A stretch of 64,000 nucleotides of DNA from Alphaproteobacteria bacterium. Lineage in GTDB: Bacteria > Pseudomonadota > Alphaproteobacteria > UBA6615. Shown here in pieces: positions 52,084-62,518 of the stretch. The stretch spans positions 28,231 through 92,230 of the forward strand of contig SHWB01000007.1 of assembly GCA_009691025.1 (NCBI GenBank). The letters are read 5' to 3'. The notes beneath the pieces were generated by a model. That model was not told where the DNA came from. It ran no database searches and saw only the letters and a program-made list of their open reading frames with translations. The position numbers and the translations under genes are program-made. How positions within the stretch are numbered: position 1 is the stretch's first letter; every line of letters begins with the position of its first letter.

Positions 52084-53946
52084 TCAATTCGTCACGCTGC
52101 GGCGCAGGCCGAGTGCGGCGTCCTTCGCCGGGTCGATCCACCAGGTGTCGGGCTGGACGCCGGATGCCGGGATCGCCGCCGGCATGCCGAAGCGGCTCCA
52201 GTAGGCCAGCCGGTCGTGCGGGATGTGCCAGTGCGGCACGACGTAATGGCCCCAGAGAAGCGCGCGGTCGAGGGCGCGGGTCCGCGCGACGAGGCTCTCG
52301 CGCGATGCCGCGGCGATGACGAGGTCGATCAGCTCGTCGATGGCCTTGTCAGCGATACCGACGAGGTTGCGCGCGCCCGGCTGCGCCGCCGCCGCGCTGC
52401 CCCAGAATTCGCGCTGCTCGTTGCCCGGCGACTGCGACTGGCCCCAGGACGACACGATAACATCGAAATCGTAGGCATCGCCGCGACGCTGGTACTGCGA
52501 GGGATCGACGACACGCACCGTCGCCGCGATGCCCAGCCGTTCAAGGTTGCGCGCCCAGGGCAGCACTATGCGCTCGAAGCCCGGATCGGCGAGCAGCACC
52601 TCGAAATTGAAGGGCTTGCCGTCCTTGCCGAACAGCTTGCCGCTAGTCACCGTCCAGCCGGCCTCGGCGAGCAGGCGCTGGGCCGTGCGTAGATTGTCGC
52701 GCAGGCCCTGCGGGCCGCTGCCCGTCGCCGGTGGCGCATAGGCCTGGGCATAAACCGCCTCGGGCAGCCGGCCCCTGAAGCGTTCGAGAATCTCGCGCTC
52801 CTCGGCGCCCGCATCCTTCAGCAGGCCGCCGCTCGCCAGTTCGGAATTGTCGAAGTAGCTCTTCGTGCGCGTATAGGCGCCATAGAACAGGTTGAGGTTC
52901 GCCCATTCGAAGTCGAAGGCCAGCGTCAGCGCCTGACGGACGCGCGGATCGACGAAGTGCGGCCGGCGTAGATTGAAGGCGAAGCCCTGCATGCCGGCGG
53001 TGCGCTGGTGCGGGAACTCGACCTTCGCGATGCGCCCGTCGCGCACCGGCGGCACGTCGAAGGCCGTCGCCCATTCCTTGGCCGAATTCTCGACCCAGAT
53101 GTCGAGCGCGCCCGATTTGAAAGCCTCGCGCGCCACGGTGCGGTCGCGGAAATATTCGTAGCGCACGATGTCGACATTGTTGCGGCCGATATGGGTCGGC
53201 AGGTTCTTGCCCCAGTAATCCTTCACGCGCTCGTAGACGATGGTGCGGCCCGGCTCGACGCTGGCGATGCGGTAGGCGCCGCTGCCCAGTGGCGGATCCA
53301 GCGTCGTCTTGCCGAAGTCGCGCGTCGCCCACCAATGCTTCGGCATCACCGGAAGCTGGCCGAGGATCAGCGGCAATTCGCGATTGGTGCCGGGCGTGAA
53401 CTCGAAGCGCACCTTGCGATCGCCGGTCTGCTTCACCGCGGCGACGTCGTGATAGTAGTAGCGATAGAAGGGCTGGCCCTTGTCGCGCAGCATGTTGAAG
53501 GTCCAGATAACGTCGTCGACGGTGATTGGCTTGCCGTCGTGCCAGCGCGCATCGGCGCGCAGGACGAATTCGGCCCAGCTTCGGTCGTCCGGCACCTCGA
53601 TCGTCTTGCAAAGCACGCAATACTCGGTGAAAGCCTCGTCGGCCGAGGCTTCCATCAGCGTGTCGTAGATTGCCCCCAGCCCCGCCGCCGGGGTGCCCGG
53701 AATGATGAACTGGTTGAGGCTGTCGAAGGTACCGGTCGCATCGGCGACACGGGTGCCGCCCTGCGTGGCCGCCGGGTCGACGTAGTCGTAATGCTTGAAG
53801 CCGGCGGCGTATTTCGGCTTGCCGTGCATCGCCATGCCGTGCGCCGGCCCGTCGGTGCCGTCGGCCGCGGCGGGCGTGGCGACGGCCAGGGCGACGAGTG
53901 CGGCGACGAGTGCGGTTAGGCAAACGGACATGCGGACTCCCGGCAT
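52084..53946 (-). CDS. yejA: Peptide/microcin C-type ABC importer periplasmic substrate-binding protein (SBP family 5)
   Basis: About 620 aa, signal peptide (MSVCLTALVAALVALAVATPAAA), SBP_bac_5 blocks. Confidence 0.8.
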   Translation of the reverse strand: MPGVRMSVCLTALVAALVALAVATPAAADGTDGPAHGMAMHGKPKYAAGFKHYDYVDPAATQGGTRVADATGTFDSLNQFIIPGTPAAGLGAIYDTLMEASADEAFTEYCVLCKTIEVPDDRSWAEFVLRADARWHDGKPITVDDVIWTFNMLRDKGQPFYRYYYHDVAAVKQTGDRKVRFEFTPGTNRELPLILGQLPVMPKHWWATRDFGKTTLDPPLGSGAYRIASVEPGRTIVYERVKDYWGKNLPTHIGRNNVDIVRYEYFRDRTVAREAFKSGALDIWVENSAKEWATAFDVPPVRDGRIAKVEFPHQRTAGMQGFAFNLRRPHFVDPRVRQALTLAFDFEWANLNLFYGAYTRTKSYFDNSELASGGLLKDAGAEEREILERFRGRLPEAVYAQAYAPPATGSGPQGLRDNLRTAQRLLAEAGWTVTSGKLFGKDGKPFNFEVLLADPGFERIVLPWARNLERLGIAATVRVVDPSQYQRRGDAYDFDVIVSSWGQSQSPGNEQREFWGSAAAAQPGARNLVGIADKAIDELIDLVIAAASRESLVARTRALDRALLWGHYVVPHWHIPHDRLAYWSRFGMPAAIPASGVQPDTWWIDPAKDAALGLRRSVTN

Positions 53947-54048
53947 CGACGACCAACCCCCGACCCCAGAATGGGCGGCAGCCGCACCCCGATCAAGCCC
54001 CACCAGTCTCGTCCAAACAGAACTCCTCTCTCAAAGGGAGAGGAGAAT

Positions 54049-54669
54049 CTACGACAGCTCCGTATAGCAATGCTTGCGGGCGCGCGGGTTCTGGCCGACG
54101 CGGCCGTACCAGGCGGCGATGTTTGGCAGCTCGATGCGCTCGATCGGCAGCTTGAACCAGCGATGCACCAGCGCGACGTTCGTTACCTCGGCCAGCGTCA
54201 GCCTGTCGCCGGCGAGGTAGGGCGTGCGCCCGAGCTGCGCTTCGATAATCTTCAGCGTCGTGCCCCAGGCCTCGACGCCGGCGGCGATGGCCTTCATGTC
54301 GCGCTGCTCGGGCTTGAGGCGGATCAGCGGCGGGAAGACGGCGCTCATGCGCGGGCTGTGCACGCCGGTCGACCAGTCCATCCAGCGGTCGACGCGCTGC
54401 GCGGCCTGCAGTTCGGTGGGGAACAGCGGGCTGTTGTGCTTGCGGCACAGATAGCGGCAGATCGAATTCGACTCCCACATCACGAAATCGTCGTCGATCA
54501 CCGTCGGCACCGTGCCGTTGGGGTTGAGCGCGAGATACAGCGCCTCCCGGTTGCGGCCGTAATTGCCACCGATGTCGTTGTCGTGCTCGTAGGGCAGGCC
54601 CAGCTCGTCGGCCACCCACAGCACCTTCATTACGTTGAAAGAGGTCCGGCGTCCGAGAATCTTCAACAT
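54049..54669 (-). CDS. Glutathione S-transferase
   Basis: GST N-terminal thioredoxin-like and C-terminal helical domains. Confidence 0.8.
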   Translation of the reverse strand: MLKILGRRTSFNVMKVLWVADELGLPYEHDNDIGGNYGRNREALYLALNPNGTVPTVIDDDFVMWESNSICRYLCRKHNSPLFPTELQAAQRVDRWMDWSTGVHSPRMSAVFPPLIRLKPEQRDMKAIAAGVEAWGTTLKIIEAQLGRTPYLAGDRLTLAEVTNVALVHRWFKLPIERIELPNIAAWYGRVGQNPRARKHCYTELS

Positions 54670-54694
54670 GTCGTTTCTTCCGTTCTGCTTGAGC

Positions 54695-56086
54695 TCAGCG
54701 CTTCGTGATCCGGCCGAAGCGTCGCTCGACGACGCCCCAGGCGGCGAACAGGCCGGTGGCCTCGCCGCCTTCGGGGCGGCCGGCGCGGCCGCCGGTGTTC
54801 CAGGCGAAGATGTCGAGATGCGCCCACGGGATGCCGGCGCCGACGAAGGATTCGAGGAACAGCGCGGCCGTGATGCCGCCGCCGAACGGCCCCTCGCTGG
54901 TCGAGCGCAGATCGGCGATCTTGCTGTCGATCATGCGGAGATAGGGCTGGTGCAGTGGCAGGCGCCACACCGGATCGCCTGCCGCCTCGCCGGCGGCGGC
55001 GAAATCGGCCGCCAGGCGGTCGTCGTTGCAGAACAGCGCGCCGAGGCCAGTGCCGACGGCAACGCGGGCGGCGCCGGTTAGCGTGGCGAAGTCGATCATC
55101 AGCGCCGGGTTGTCGCGGCTCGCCTCGGCCAGGCAATCGCCGAGCACGAGGCGCCCTTCGGCATCGGTGTTCGTCACCTCGACCGTCAGCCCCTTGCGCG
55201 AGCGCAGCACGTCGAGCGGACGGAAGGCGTTGCCGGAAATGGCGTTCTCGACCGCGCCGATGAGGATGCGCAGGCGCACGCGCAGGCCCAGCGCCATGAT
55301 AAGATGGCCGAGCGCCAGCGCATGTGCCGCCCCCGCCATGTCCTTCTTCATGCGCAGCATGCCGTCGGCGGTCTTGATGTTGAGGCCGCCGGAATCGAAG
55401 CAGACGCCCTTGCCGACGAGGGTGAGCTTCGGGTCGCCGGCCCGGCCCCAGGCGATGTCGATCAGCCGCGGCGCGTCGTCGGAGGCGCGGCCGACGGCGT
55501 GGATCATCGGGTAGTTGGCGGCCAGCAGCCTGTCGCCGGCCGTCACCGCGACCTTCGCCTTGTGCCGGCGGGCCAGCGCGCGCGCCGCGGCGGCCAGCTC
55601 CGACGGTCCCATGTCCTCGGCCGGCGTGTTGACGAGGTCGCGCACCAGCGTCGAGGCCTCGACCATCGCCGTCACGCGCTTGCGGTCGGCGCCCTCGGGC
55701 CAGACCAGCCGCGGCCCGCCCGGGCGCGGCTTGCGGTATTTCGCGAAATCGTATCCGGCGAGCGCCCAGCCGAAGGCCACATCGTCGGGCGCGACGCCCT
55801 TCGGCAGCGCGGCGATGGCATAGCTGCCAGCCAGCAGCCCCTCGGCCATCGCCGCCCACGGCCAGGGACCCTTCGTCTCGGGCGGCACGAACACCGCGCC
55901 GGATGGCGCTCCGTCCGGGCCGGGCAGCGGCACCGGCCGGCCGCGCTGGCCGGTGTAGCCGCAGCCCGACAGCCAGGCCCGCACGCGCGCCGGCTGGCGC
56001 TTCGCCCAGGCGGCGTAGTCCGCCGCCGCCACCACCGTGACCGGCACGGTATCCGCCTTCGCGCGGGCGATCAGATTGGGCGTCAT
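54695..56086 (-). CDS. Leucyl aminopeptidase family protein (M17)
   Basis: M17 catalytic blocks (VGKGVCFDSGGLNIK, NTDAEGRL); ATG at 56086. Confidence 0.8.
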   Translation of the reverse strand: MTPNLIARAKADTVPVTVVAAADYAAWAKRQPARVRAWLSGCGYTGQRGRPVPLPGPDGAPSGAVFVPPETKGPWPWAAMAEGLLAGSYAIAALPKGVAPDDVAFGWALAGYDFAKYRKPRPGGPRLVWPEGADRKRVTAMVEASTLVRDLVNTPAEDMGPSELAAAARALARRHKAKVAVTAGDRLLAANYPMIHAVGRASDDAPRLIDIAWGRAGDPKLTLVGKGVCFDSGGLNIKTADGMLRMKKDMAGAAHALALGHLIMALGLRVRLRILIGAVENAISGNAFRPLDVLRSRKGLTVEVTNTDAEGRLVLGDCLAEASRDNPALMIDFATLTGAARVAVGTGLGALFCNDDRLAADFAAAGEAAGDPVWRLPLHQPYLRMIDSKIADLRSTSEGPFGGGITAALFLESFVGAGIPWAHLDIFAWNTGGRAGRPEGGEATGLFAAWGVVERRFGRITKR

Positions 56087-56360
56087 CGAAACGTCCTGTT
56101 GTTCGCCCGCACAGTGCCGCGCGCGCGTCCTGCGGGCAAGGCCGGGGTGGTTGCGCCGGACGGGCTGGCGGCTAGGATGCGCGCCGCGCGTCCGGCTGCG
56201 GGCGCCGTTCAGGAGGAACGATCGCATGGCGCGGGCGAAGGACGATCTGCTCGGGGCGAGGGAGCTGGCCGAGATGTATGCAGAGAAGGCCGCCGGCACG
56301 CACGCCTGGCCGATGGGCAGGGATGCCGCCGGCGCCATCATGTACACGTAGGACGGCACC

Positions 56361-56654
56361 ATGAGCGCCACGGTCGTCGCCGCCGGCCGCGCCGCGCCCG
56401 GGCCGAACGGCGATGCGGCGGCGAAGGCGGCTGCCTATGCCAGCCACTTCAACTACGTGGCGCGCCGGCGTCTCGACGGCGAGGTCGTGGTGCACACCAT
56501 CGAGCATGAGCTCGACCCGGAGATGGTCGGGATGGAGTTGCGGCGCGCAATCGAGCATCTCGGCGACGTCATGTATTTCCGCGGCGCCAGCCCGGATGGG
56601 ACGGCCAGCGTCATCGTCTGGCGCCGCAGGCCTGTGACCGCCGGGAAAGGCTGA
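56361..56654 (+). CDS. Hypothetical protein (97 aa)
   Basis: Open frame with coding-like composition; preceded in the same frame, 3 codons upstream, by a 41-aa ORF (56226..56351) ending in TAG. Confidence 0.3.
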   Translation: MSATVVAAGRAAPGPNGDAAAKAAAYASHFNYVARRRLDGEVVVHTIEHELDPEMVGMELRRAIEHLGDVMYFRGASPDGTASVIVWRRRPVTAGKG

Positions 56655-56753
56655 GCGGCGCGTCAGCGGTTGACCGTCCGACGGACGCTCCATAGGGTCC
56701 GGCGCAAGACCGGCGGCCGGCGGGCCGCCTTCACCGGTGCGGCGGAGTATTGC

Positions 56754-57389
56754 ATGCTTGACTTCTACACATGGCCGACGCCCAACGGGCGCAAGGTGGC
56801 GATCTTCCTCGAGGAAGCGGGGACGCCGTACAATCTGAAGCCCGTGAACATCGGCAAGGACGAGCAGTTCGCGCCCGATTTCCTGGCCATCAGCCCGAAC
56901 AACAAGATTCCGGCCATCGTCGACCACGACAATGGTGACTTACCGCTGTTCGAGTCCGGCGCCATCCTGCTGTACCTGGCCGAGAAGGAAGGCAAGTTCC
57001 TCTCGACCGATCGCAAGAAATACTGGCGCACGATGGAATGGCTGATGTGGCAGATGGGTGGCGTCGGCCCCGTCTTCGGCCAGGTGCATCATTTCGTGCA
57101 CTACAACCACGGCAAGGCGCCCTACGCCGAGGAGCGCTTCGCCGCCGAGGCGCGCCGCATCTACGGCGTGCTCGACAAACGCCTGGAAGGCCGCGAATAC
57201 GTCGTCGACGACTACTCGATCGCCGACATGGCGGTCTGGCCCTGGGCCGCGCGCCACAACTGGCAGCAGGTCAATCTCAACGACTTTCCCAATGTGCGCC
57301 GCTGGTACGTCGCCCTCGCCAACCGCCCGGCCGTGCAGAAGGCCTGGCGCATCCCGGAGAACACCCAGCCCCTGCCGATGCCGGAGTAG
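56754..57389 (+). CDS. Glutathione S-transferase (YfcG/YghU-like)
   Basis: GST fold; GGAG RBS; T8 tract right after the stop. Confidence 0.8.
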   Translation: MLDFYTWPTPNGRKVAIFLEEAGTPYNLKPVNIGKDEQFAPDFLAISPNNKIPAIVDHDNGDLPLFESGAILLYLAEKEGKFLSTDRKKYWRTMEWLMWQMGGVGPVFGQVHHFVHYNHGKAPYAEERFAAEARRIYGVLDKRLEGREYVVDDYSIADMAVWPWAARHNWQQVNLNDFPNVRRWYVALANRPAVQKAWRIPENTQPLPMPE

Positions 57390-57436
57390 GTTTTTTTTCC
57401 TCGCCCATGTGGAGAGGGCTTCCGGCATTGGCGCTG

Positions 57437-57531
57437 GACCGCCTCGCCCTTCGACAAGCTCAGGGTGAGGCGGTCAAGTAGCACCTGTGTTCCCAATCGG
57501 CCTCATCCTGAGCTTGTCGAAGGACGAGGCC
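57437..57531. repeat. REP/MITE-like palindromic element (family 1) with two inverted core copies
   Basis: GACCGCCTCgcccttcgacaagctcagggtGAGGCGGTC and GGCCTCatcctgagcttgtcgaaggacGAGGCC; the inner cores are reverse complements of each other. Confidence 0.5.
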
Positions 57532-57555
57532 GACCCACCACGGAACACGCAGCGT

Positions 57556-58089
57556 TCACATCCGCGCACGCTCGATCAATGCAGGCGTCTCGGCCATCGC
57601 CCTCGCTACGATGGCGGCGCAGGAGCGGGCGGCGGCCAGCGCGTCGTGGTGCTGCACGAGATCGATGCCCAGCGTCAGGCAGACATTTGGCAGCCGCGTC
57701 TGGCGGATGTTCAATGCCGCGCGCGCCAACTTTACCGTGCAGATGAAGCGCTTGCGCAATGGCGGCAAGCCGTAGCGCGCGGCGGTCGCGCGCTGCACGT
57801 TGCGGTCGAAGCCGGCGTTGTGCGCTGCGAGTAATTCGGCGCCGGCGGCGAAGCGGGCGATGGCCGGGTAATGGCCGGCTAAGTTGGGCGCTTCGGAGAC
57901 ATGCTCCCGGGCGATGCCGTGCAGCGCGGTGAAGCGCGGCACGAACCAGCGTTCCGGCTGGTGGATGGGCAGAGCCAGCTAGTCCGTGACGATCCCGTAC
58001 TCGACCCGCACGAGGACGAGGGCGCTGGCGCTGTCGGCGCTGTAATTGGCGGTCTCGAAGTCGATCGCCACGAAAACATGGTGCGGCAC
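57556..58089 (-). pseudogene. DnaQ-like 3'-5' exonuclease (DEDDh) interrupted by an in-frame TAG at 57979-57981
   Basis: Exo I motif VFVAIDFETAN in ORF 57979..58275 and Exo III motif HNAGFDRNV in ORF 57556..57942 are in the same frame, separated only by TAG (...VEYGIVTD[TAG]LALPIHQPERWFVPRFTAL...). Confidence 0.55.
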
Positions 58090-58115
58090 TGGCCGCAGTT
58101 CTAACGGGGGCTCCG

Positions 58116-58763
58116 TCACAGCGCCGCGGCGGAGGCGAGGAATGCGCGGATCTTGGCGGGGTCCTTCTTCCCCGGGGCCGTCTCCACGCCCGACGAAACA
58201 TCCACCGTGCGCGCGCCCGACAGCGTCACCGCGCGGGCGAGGTTGGCCGCGTCGAGGCCGCCGGCGAGCATCCATGGCATGGGCCAGTTGCGGCTGGCGA
58301 GCAGCGTCCAGTCGAAGGTCACGGCGTTGCCGCCGGGCAGCGCGCCGATCATGCCTTTCGGCGGGCGCGCATCGAACATCAGCCAGTCGGCGCTACCGCG
58401 ATAGGAGCTCGCGGCGTCGAGGTCGGCGGCCTCGCCGATCTTCAGCACCTTCATCGCCGCCAGGCCGGTGCGGCGCTTCAATTCCATCACCCGCGCCGGC
58501 GTCTCGTCGCCGTGCAGCTGCAGCATGTCGAGCTTCGCCGCGGCGACCGCGGTGGCGATGGTGGCATCGTCGGCATCGACGAACAGGCCGACCTTCTTCA
58601 CCTCCGGCGGCACGAGGGCGGCGAGCGCCCGCACCTGGTCTGGCGTCACGGCGCGCGGGCTCGGCGGATAGAACACGAAGCCGACGAAGCGGGCGCCACC
58701 GGAAACGGCCGTGCGGACCGAGGCCGCATTGTTGAGGCCGCAGATTTTTGCCGCCACGCTCAT
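58116..58763 (-). CDS. trpF: Phosphoribosylanthranilate isomerase
   Basis: TIM-barrel TrpF blocks (KICG, LQLHGDE); overlaps the pyrF stop. Confidence 0.85.
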   Translation of the reverse strand: MSVAAKICGLNNAASVRTAVSGGARFVGFVFYPPSPRAVTPDQVRALAALVPPEVKKVGLFVDADDATIATAVAAAKLDMLQLHGDETPARVMELKRRTGLAAMKVLKIGEAADLDAASSYRGSADWLMFDARPPKGMIGALPGGNAVTFDWTLLASRNWPMPWMLAGGLDAANLARAVTLSGARTVDVSSGVETAPGKKDPAKIRAFLASAAAL

Positions 58764-59479
58764 GGCCGCGTCCCGGCGAGGCTGGCGGCGATGGCGGCCG
58801 CCGCGGCGGCCGGATCGGACGCGGCCGTGATCGGCCGGCCGATGACCAGCACGTCGGCGCCGGCGGCGCGCGCGCCGGCCGGGTCGAGCATTCGCTTCTG
58901 GTCGCCCGTCGCCGCACCCGCCGGGCGAATACCAGGCACTACAAGCAGAAAATTTGGCCCGCAGGTCTGGCGCAGCATCGCCACCTCGGCCGGCGAGCAG
59001 ACGACGCCGTCGGCACCGCTATCCTGCGCCAGCAGAGCAAGGCGGCGCACCTGGTTGGACGGCGTGGTAGCCTGGCCAATTGCGGCCAGGTCGCCGGCAT
59101 CTAGGCTGGTCAGAACGGTGACGGCGAGCACGCGCGGCCGGTTCGCCCCGGCCTCGCCGGCCGCGGCGACGGCGGCCTCGATCATCGCTCGCCCGCCGCC
59201 GGCATGGACGTTGAGCATGGCCATGCCGAGACCGGCCGCGGCGCGCACCGCGCCGGCGACGGTGTTGGGAATGTCGTGGAATTTGAGGTCGAGGAACACC
59301 GGCAGGCCGAGGGCGGCCAGCGCGCGCACGCCGTCGCCCCCGTTGGCGACGAAGAATTCGAGGCCAAGCTTGATGCCGCCGACATGCGGTCGCACGGCTT
59401 CGGCCCAGGCGCGCGCCTGGCGCGCATCGGCGGTGTCGAGGGCGACGAAGACGGGATTGGCTGCGGTGTGATCGTTCAT
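58760..59479 (-). CDS. pyrF: Orotidine 5'-phosphate decarboxylase
   Basis: [16 protein letters not shown], catalytic Lys/Asp pattern. Confidence 0.9.
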   Translation of the reverse strand: MNDHTAANPVFVALDTADARQARAWAEAVRPHVGGIKLGLEFFVANGGDGVRALAALGLPVFLDLKFHDIPNTVAGAVRAAAGLGMAMLNVHAGGGRAMIEAAVAAAGEAGANRPRVLAVTVLTSLDAGDLAAIGQATTPSNQVRRLALLAQDSGADGVVCSPAEVAMLRQTCGPNFLLVVPGIRPAGAATGDQKRMLDPAGARAAGADVLVIGRPITAASDPAAAAAAIAASLAGTRP

Positions 59480-59540
59480 GGTGGCAGGCAGTGTCGTCCG
59501 TGATTCCTAGCGCATTTCCGCGCCGGAGGCAGCCGGGCGT

Positions 59541-60710
59541 TCAGAGCAGCGGGCCGCTATCGCCCGCCACCCGCAGCACCTCGCTCGCCATCACGAACAG
59601 ATGGTAGAGCGACGAGGCGGGCGCATTGGGGGCGAATCCTCTGCCGCTGCGCCGTATATGGTCCTGCCACGCGCCCGCCGCCACTCCGGGCGCAGCGAGG
59701 TAGCGGGCGAACAGCCCGTCGAGAAGTCGGCCGACGCGCGCCGCGGCGTCCGCCTCGCCGGCTGCGTGGCGCGTCAACTCGGCCTTGATCGCCTCGGTCT
59801 GCACCCAGAGTCGCTTGGTGTCGGCCTTCACGGCGCCGTCGGGGGCAATGCCGTTGAAGGCCAGCCCGTCGGCGCTGTCGACACCGTGCCGGCCGAAGGC
59901 ATAGAGGCGCGCCCGCTCGGTGGCCGTCGTCTCGCCTGTAGCCGCCGCGAAGCGGTCGAGCAGCCAGGTCCATTCGAAATGGTGGCCGGGCTCCAGCGTG
60001 TCGCCGTCTAGCGGTGTCCAGTCGCGTCCGAAATTCTCGCGCAGCGCCCCCGACGAAGCCTCGACGAAGCGCCCGCGCAGCAGTGCCAGCAGCGCCCGCG
60101 CGCGGTCGAGGTAGCGCTCCTCGCCGGTCGCGGCATGCAGCGCCAGCATCGCCTCGAACAGATGCATGTGTGGATTCTGCCGGCGCGGTCCGTCGGCGAC
60201 GGCTGGCACGCCCTCGTCGAAGCCGCCATGCACGGGGTCGGCCAGCGCACCGTCGAGGAAGGCGAGGATGCGCGCGATCCAGGTCGCCGCCGCCTTGTCG
60301 CCCGTGGCACGACCGTACCAGGCCATGGCGAGCAGGGCGAAAGCCTGCTCGTACAATTCGCGCCGCTCGTCCAGCTTCCGTCCGTCGCGCGCGACGGCGA
60401 AGCGAAAGCCGCCCTCGGGATGCCAGTAATGGCGCGTCAGGAAGGCGAAGCCCTGCGCCGCCACCGCGCGCGCGTCGGGTCCGCCAGCCGGGCCGGGCCA
60501 GCCAAGCAGCGCGGCGTGGCTGTAAACGTAGATCTGCCGCGCCTGCACCCGCATGCGCCGAGGCAGATCCGGCAGCGGCGCGCCGTCGAGCGTCAGCGCC
60601 TCGACGAAGCCGCCGGCGGGATCGACGCCCGCGGTCGCCCAGAGTGGCAGCGCCTGCTCGGTCAGCCAGTCGCGAAGACGGGAAACGGATGCGTTTGGCA
60701 ATGCCGGCAT
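59541..60710 (-). CDS. AGE-family epimerase/isomerase (N-acylglucosamine 2-epimerase / mannose-6-phosphate isomerase-like)
   Basis: alpha6/alpha6-barrel AGE pattern with conserved His/Glu positions. Confidence 0.7.
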   Translation of the reverse strand: MPALPNASVSRLRDWLTEQALPLWATAGVDPAGGFVEALTLDGAPLPDLPRRMRVQARQIYVYSHAALLGWPGPAGGPDARAVAAQGFAFLTRHYWHPEGGFRFAVARDGRKLDERRELYEQAFALLAMAWYGRATGDKAAATWIARILAFLDGALADPVHGGFDEGVPAVADGPRRQNPHMHLFEAMLALHAATGEERYLDRARALLALLRGRFVEASSGALRENFGRDWTPLDGDTLEPGHHFEWTWLLDRFAAATGETTATERARLYAFGRHGVDSADGLAFNGIAPDGAVKADTKRLWVQTEAIKAELTRHAAGEADAAARVGRLLDGLFARYLAAPGVAAGAWQDHIRRSGRGFAPNAPASSLYHLFVMASEVLRVAGDSGPLL

Positions 60711-60773
60711 GACGTCATTCTTCACGCGTCGCGAATCGGCCGGGCCGACGACGCGATCCGGCCTCTCGCATCG

Positions 60774-61127
60774 TCAACCGGCCATCGGGGTGCCGGCGGG
60801 TGGCGACAGCCGCGCGGTACCCGCCTGCATCGTCGGCGACGCACCCTGTGTCGTGGTCTGCAGGCGCCCGATTTCGCGTTCCAGAGTGTTGATGCGTCGG
60901 TCGCGCCGGCGCGCTTCGCGCTGCCGCCCGAAGGCGGTGAGCCAGGCGACGCTGACGCCGGCGACGAAGCAGAGAGCCGCAGAGCCGAGCACCAGCAGGA
61001 ATGCCGGCGCGGCGATGGCGATGTCGAAGGGCCAGAGATCGAGCATGACGGCGTCGCGGTTGTTGACCGCGAAGACAATCACGATGGCGGTGAGCGGTAC
61101 CGTCACGATCCATCTCAGATGGCGCAC
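60774..61127 (-). CDS. LapA/DUF1049-family inner-membrane protein
   Basis: Two N-terminal TM helices followed by a charged coiled region; frequent neighbour of ihfB. Confidence 0.55.
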   Translation of the reverse strand: MRHLRWIVTVPLTAIVIVFAVNNRDAVMLDLWPFDIAIAAPAFLLVLGSAALCFVAGVSVAWLTAFGRQREARRRDRRINTLEREIGRLQTTTQGASPTMQAGTARLSPPAGTPMAG

Positions 61128-61170
61128 GTCATCCGCTCCTTTGCCGGCGCACCCGTCGGGAGGTGCGAGC

Positions 61171-61452
61171 TCAGTCGCCGTTGAGCCGCTCGCGTAGCTC
61201 CTTGCCGGTCTTGAAATAGGGGACGACCTTTTCCGATACGGTAACGGAATCGCCGGTTCGCGGGTTTCGGCCGACGCGCGGGCCGCGTCGCTTCACCGAG
61301 AACGCACCGAACCCCCGCAGCTCGACCCGGTCGCCACGCGCCAGTGCCCCCGTCACCTCGTCGAGGATGGTGCCGACGATGCGCTCGACATCGCGCTGGT
61401 AGAGATGCGGGTTGCGCTCGGCCAGACGCGCGATCAGTTCCGACTTCGTCAT
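61171..61452 (-). CDS. ihfB: Integration host factor subunit beta
   Basis: [33 protein letters not shown]...[26 protein letters not shown] matches the IHF-beta/HU fold; ATG at 61452. Confidence 0.85.
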   Translation of the reverse strand: MTKSELIARLAERNPHLYQRDVERIVGTILDEVTGALARGDRVELRGFGAFSVKRRGPRVGRNPRTGDSVTVSEKVVPYFKTGKELRERLNGD

Positions 61453-61553
61453 CTCCGCGCCGGGGACATCCGTCCCCGCCCCCGGTTCGCCGTGTCGCGC
61501 GACTATCGCCGACAGACGAACGCCCAAACGCGAACGCAACGACCGTCGTTGGT

Positions 61554-62462
61554 TCAGCGCAGGCTAGGGTGCCAAACAGAAACCAGCCCGTCAAGTGATA
61601 GTGCCTTGGAATACAATGACTTTTTTACCAGCGCTCCGAGCACCTTTGAAACCGCGCCGTCATCCTCCTCGACATTGACGTTGCGCACCGGCGTTTCGAG
61701 GGGAATCCCGTGTACGCGGGCGAGCCATTCGCGCGCCGCGCGCTCGTCGCCGAGTTCGTCAACGAGGCCGTTGGCGACGGCCTGGCGGCCTGTGTAGATG
61801 CGCCCGTCGGCCAGCGCCAGCGCGCGTTCGCGCGGCATGGCGCGCCGCTCGGCGACGAGGTCGACGAAGAACGCGAACATGTCATTCACAACCGTCTCGA
61901 GGGCAGCGCGGCCGGCCTCCGATAACGGCGCCAGCGGCGACGGCTCGCCTTTCAGCAGGCCGGAGCGGACCGTGTTGGCCCGGATGCCGAGGTTCTCCAG
62001 TAACTCGCTCACTTCCACCGACTGCAAGATGACGCCGATCGACCCGGTGATCGTACCGTCGCGCGCGAAGAGGCGTTCGCCGGCGAGCGCGGCCATGTAG
62101 CCGCCCGACGCCGCCAGCGTGCCCATCACCACGGCCACCGGCTTCGCCTCGGCGGTGCGCCGGATCGAACGGTAGAGCTGCTCGCCGCCGACGACGGTGC
62201 CGCCGGGCGAGTCGATATGGACGATCACGGCGCTGACGGCCTCGTCCTGGCCGAGTGCCTCTATCGCCGCCGCTCGCTGGCCGTCCTCGAGCAGCAGGCC
62301 CGAGACGGCGATACGGGCGACATGGTCCCTCTCCAGCAGGCCCTCGCGCGACAGCGCAACGAGGACGAGGGCGAGCGCCAGGCCGGTCGCGATCAGGCGC
62401 CAGAAGAGCAGACGGCGGCGCAGCTTGCGCCGCGCCGCCGCCATGTCGTCGTCCCAGGCCAT
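61554..62462 (-). CDS. sppA: Signal peptide peptidase SppA (36K type)
   Basis: N-terminal TM helix; S49 serine protease blocks ([17 protein letters not shown]). Confidence 0.8.
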   Translation of the reverse strand: MAWDDDMAAARRKLRRRLLFWRLIATGLALALVLVALSREGLLERDHVARIAVSGLLLEDGQRAAAIEALGQDEAVSAVIVHIDSPGGTVVGGEQLYRSIRRTAEAKPVAVVMGTLAASGGYMAALAGERLFARDGTITGSIGVILQSVEVSELLENLGIRANTVRSGLLKGEPSPLAPLSEAGRAALETVVNDMFAFFVDLVAERRAMPRERALALADGRIYTGRQAVANGLVDELGDERAAREWLARVHGIPLETPVRNVNVEEDDGAVSKVLGALVKKSLYSKALSLDGLVSVWHPSLR

Positions 62463-62518
62463 GTCCGTGCGTCCTGGCGTGCGGGGCCGGGGGGGGGCGG
62501 AGAGCCCCGTTGCCGCGG

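Noticed and set aside
57380-57400. Rho-independent terminator at the T8 tract after the GST gene
   Set aside because: No stable GC hairpin directly precedes the T run; the nearby family-1 repeat is more likely the structured element
61540-61640. Sigma-54 promoter (TGGCAC-N5-CTGC) upstream of ihfB in the low-GC sppA-ihfB gap
   Set aside because: GG-to-GC spacing is one nucleotide off consensus and the -12 element is weak; not supportable without more evidence
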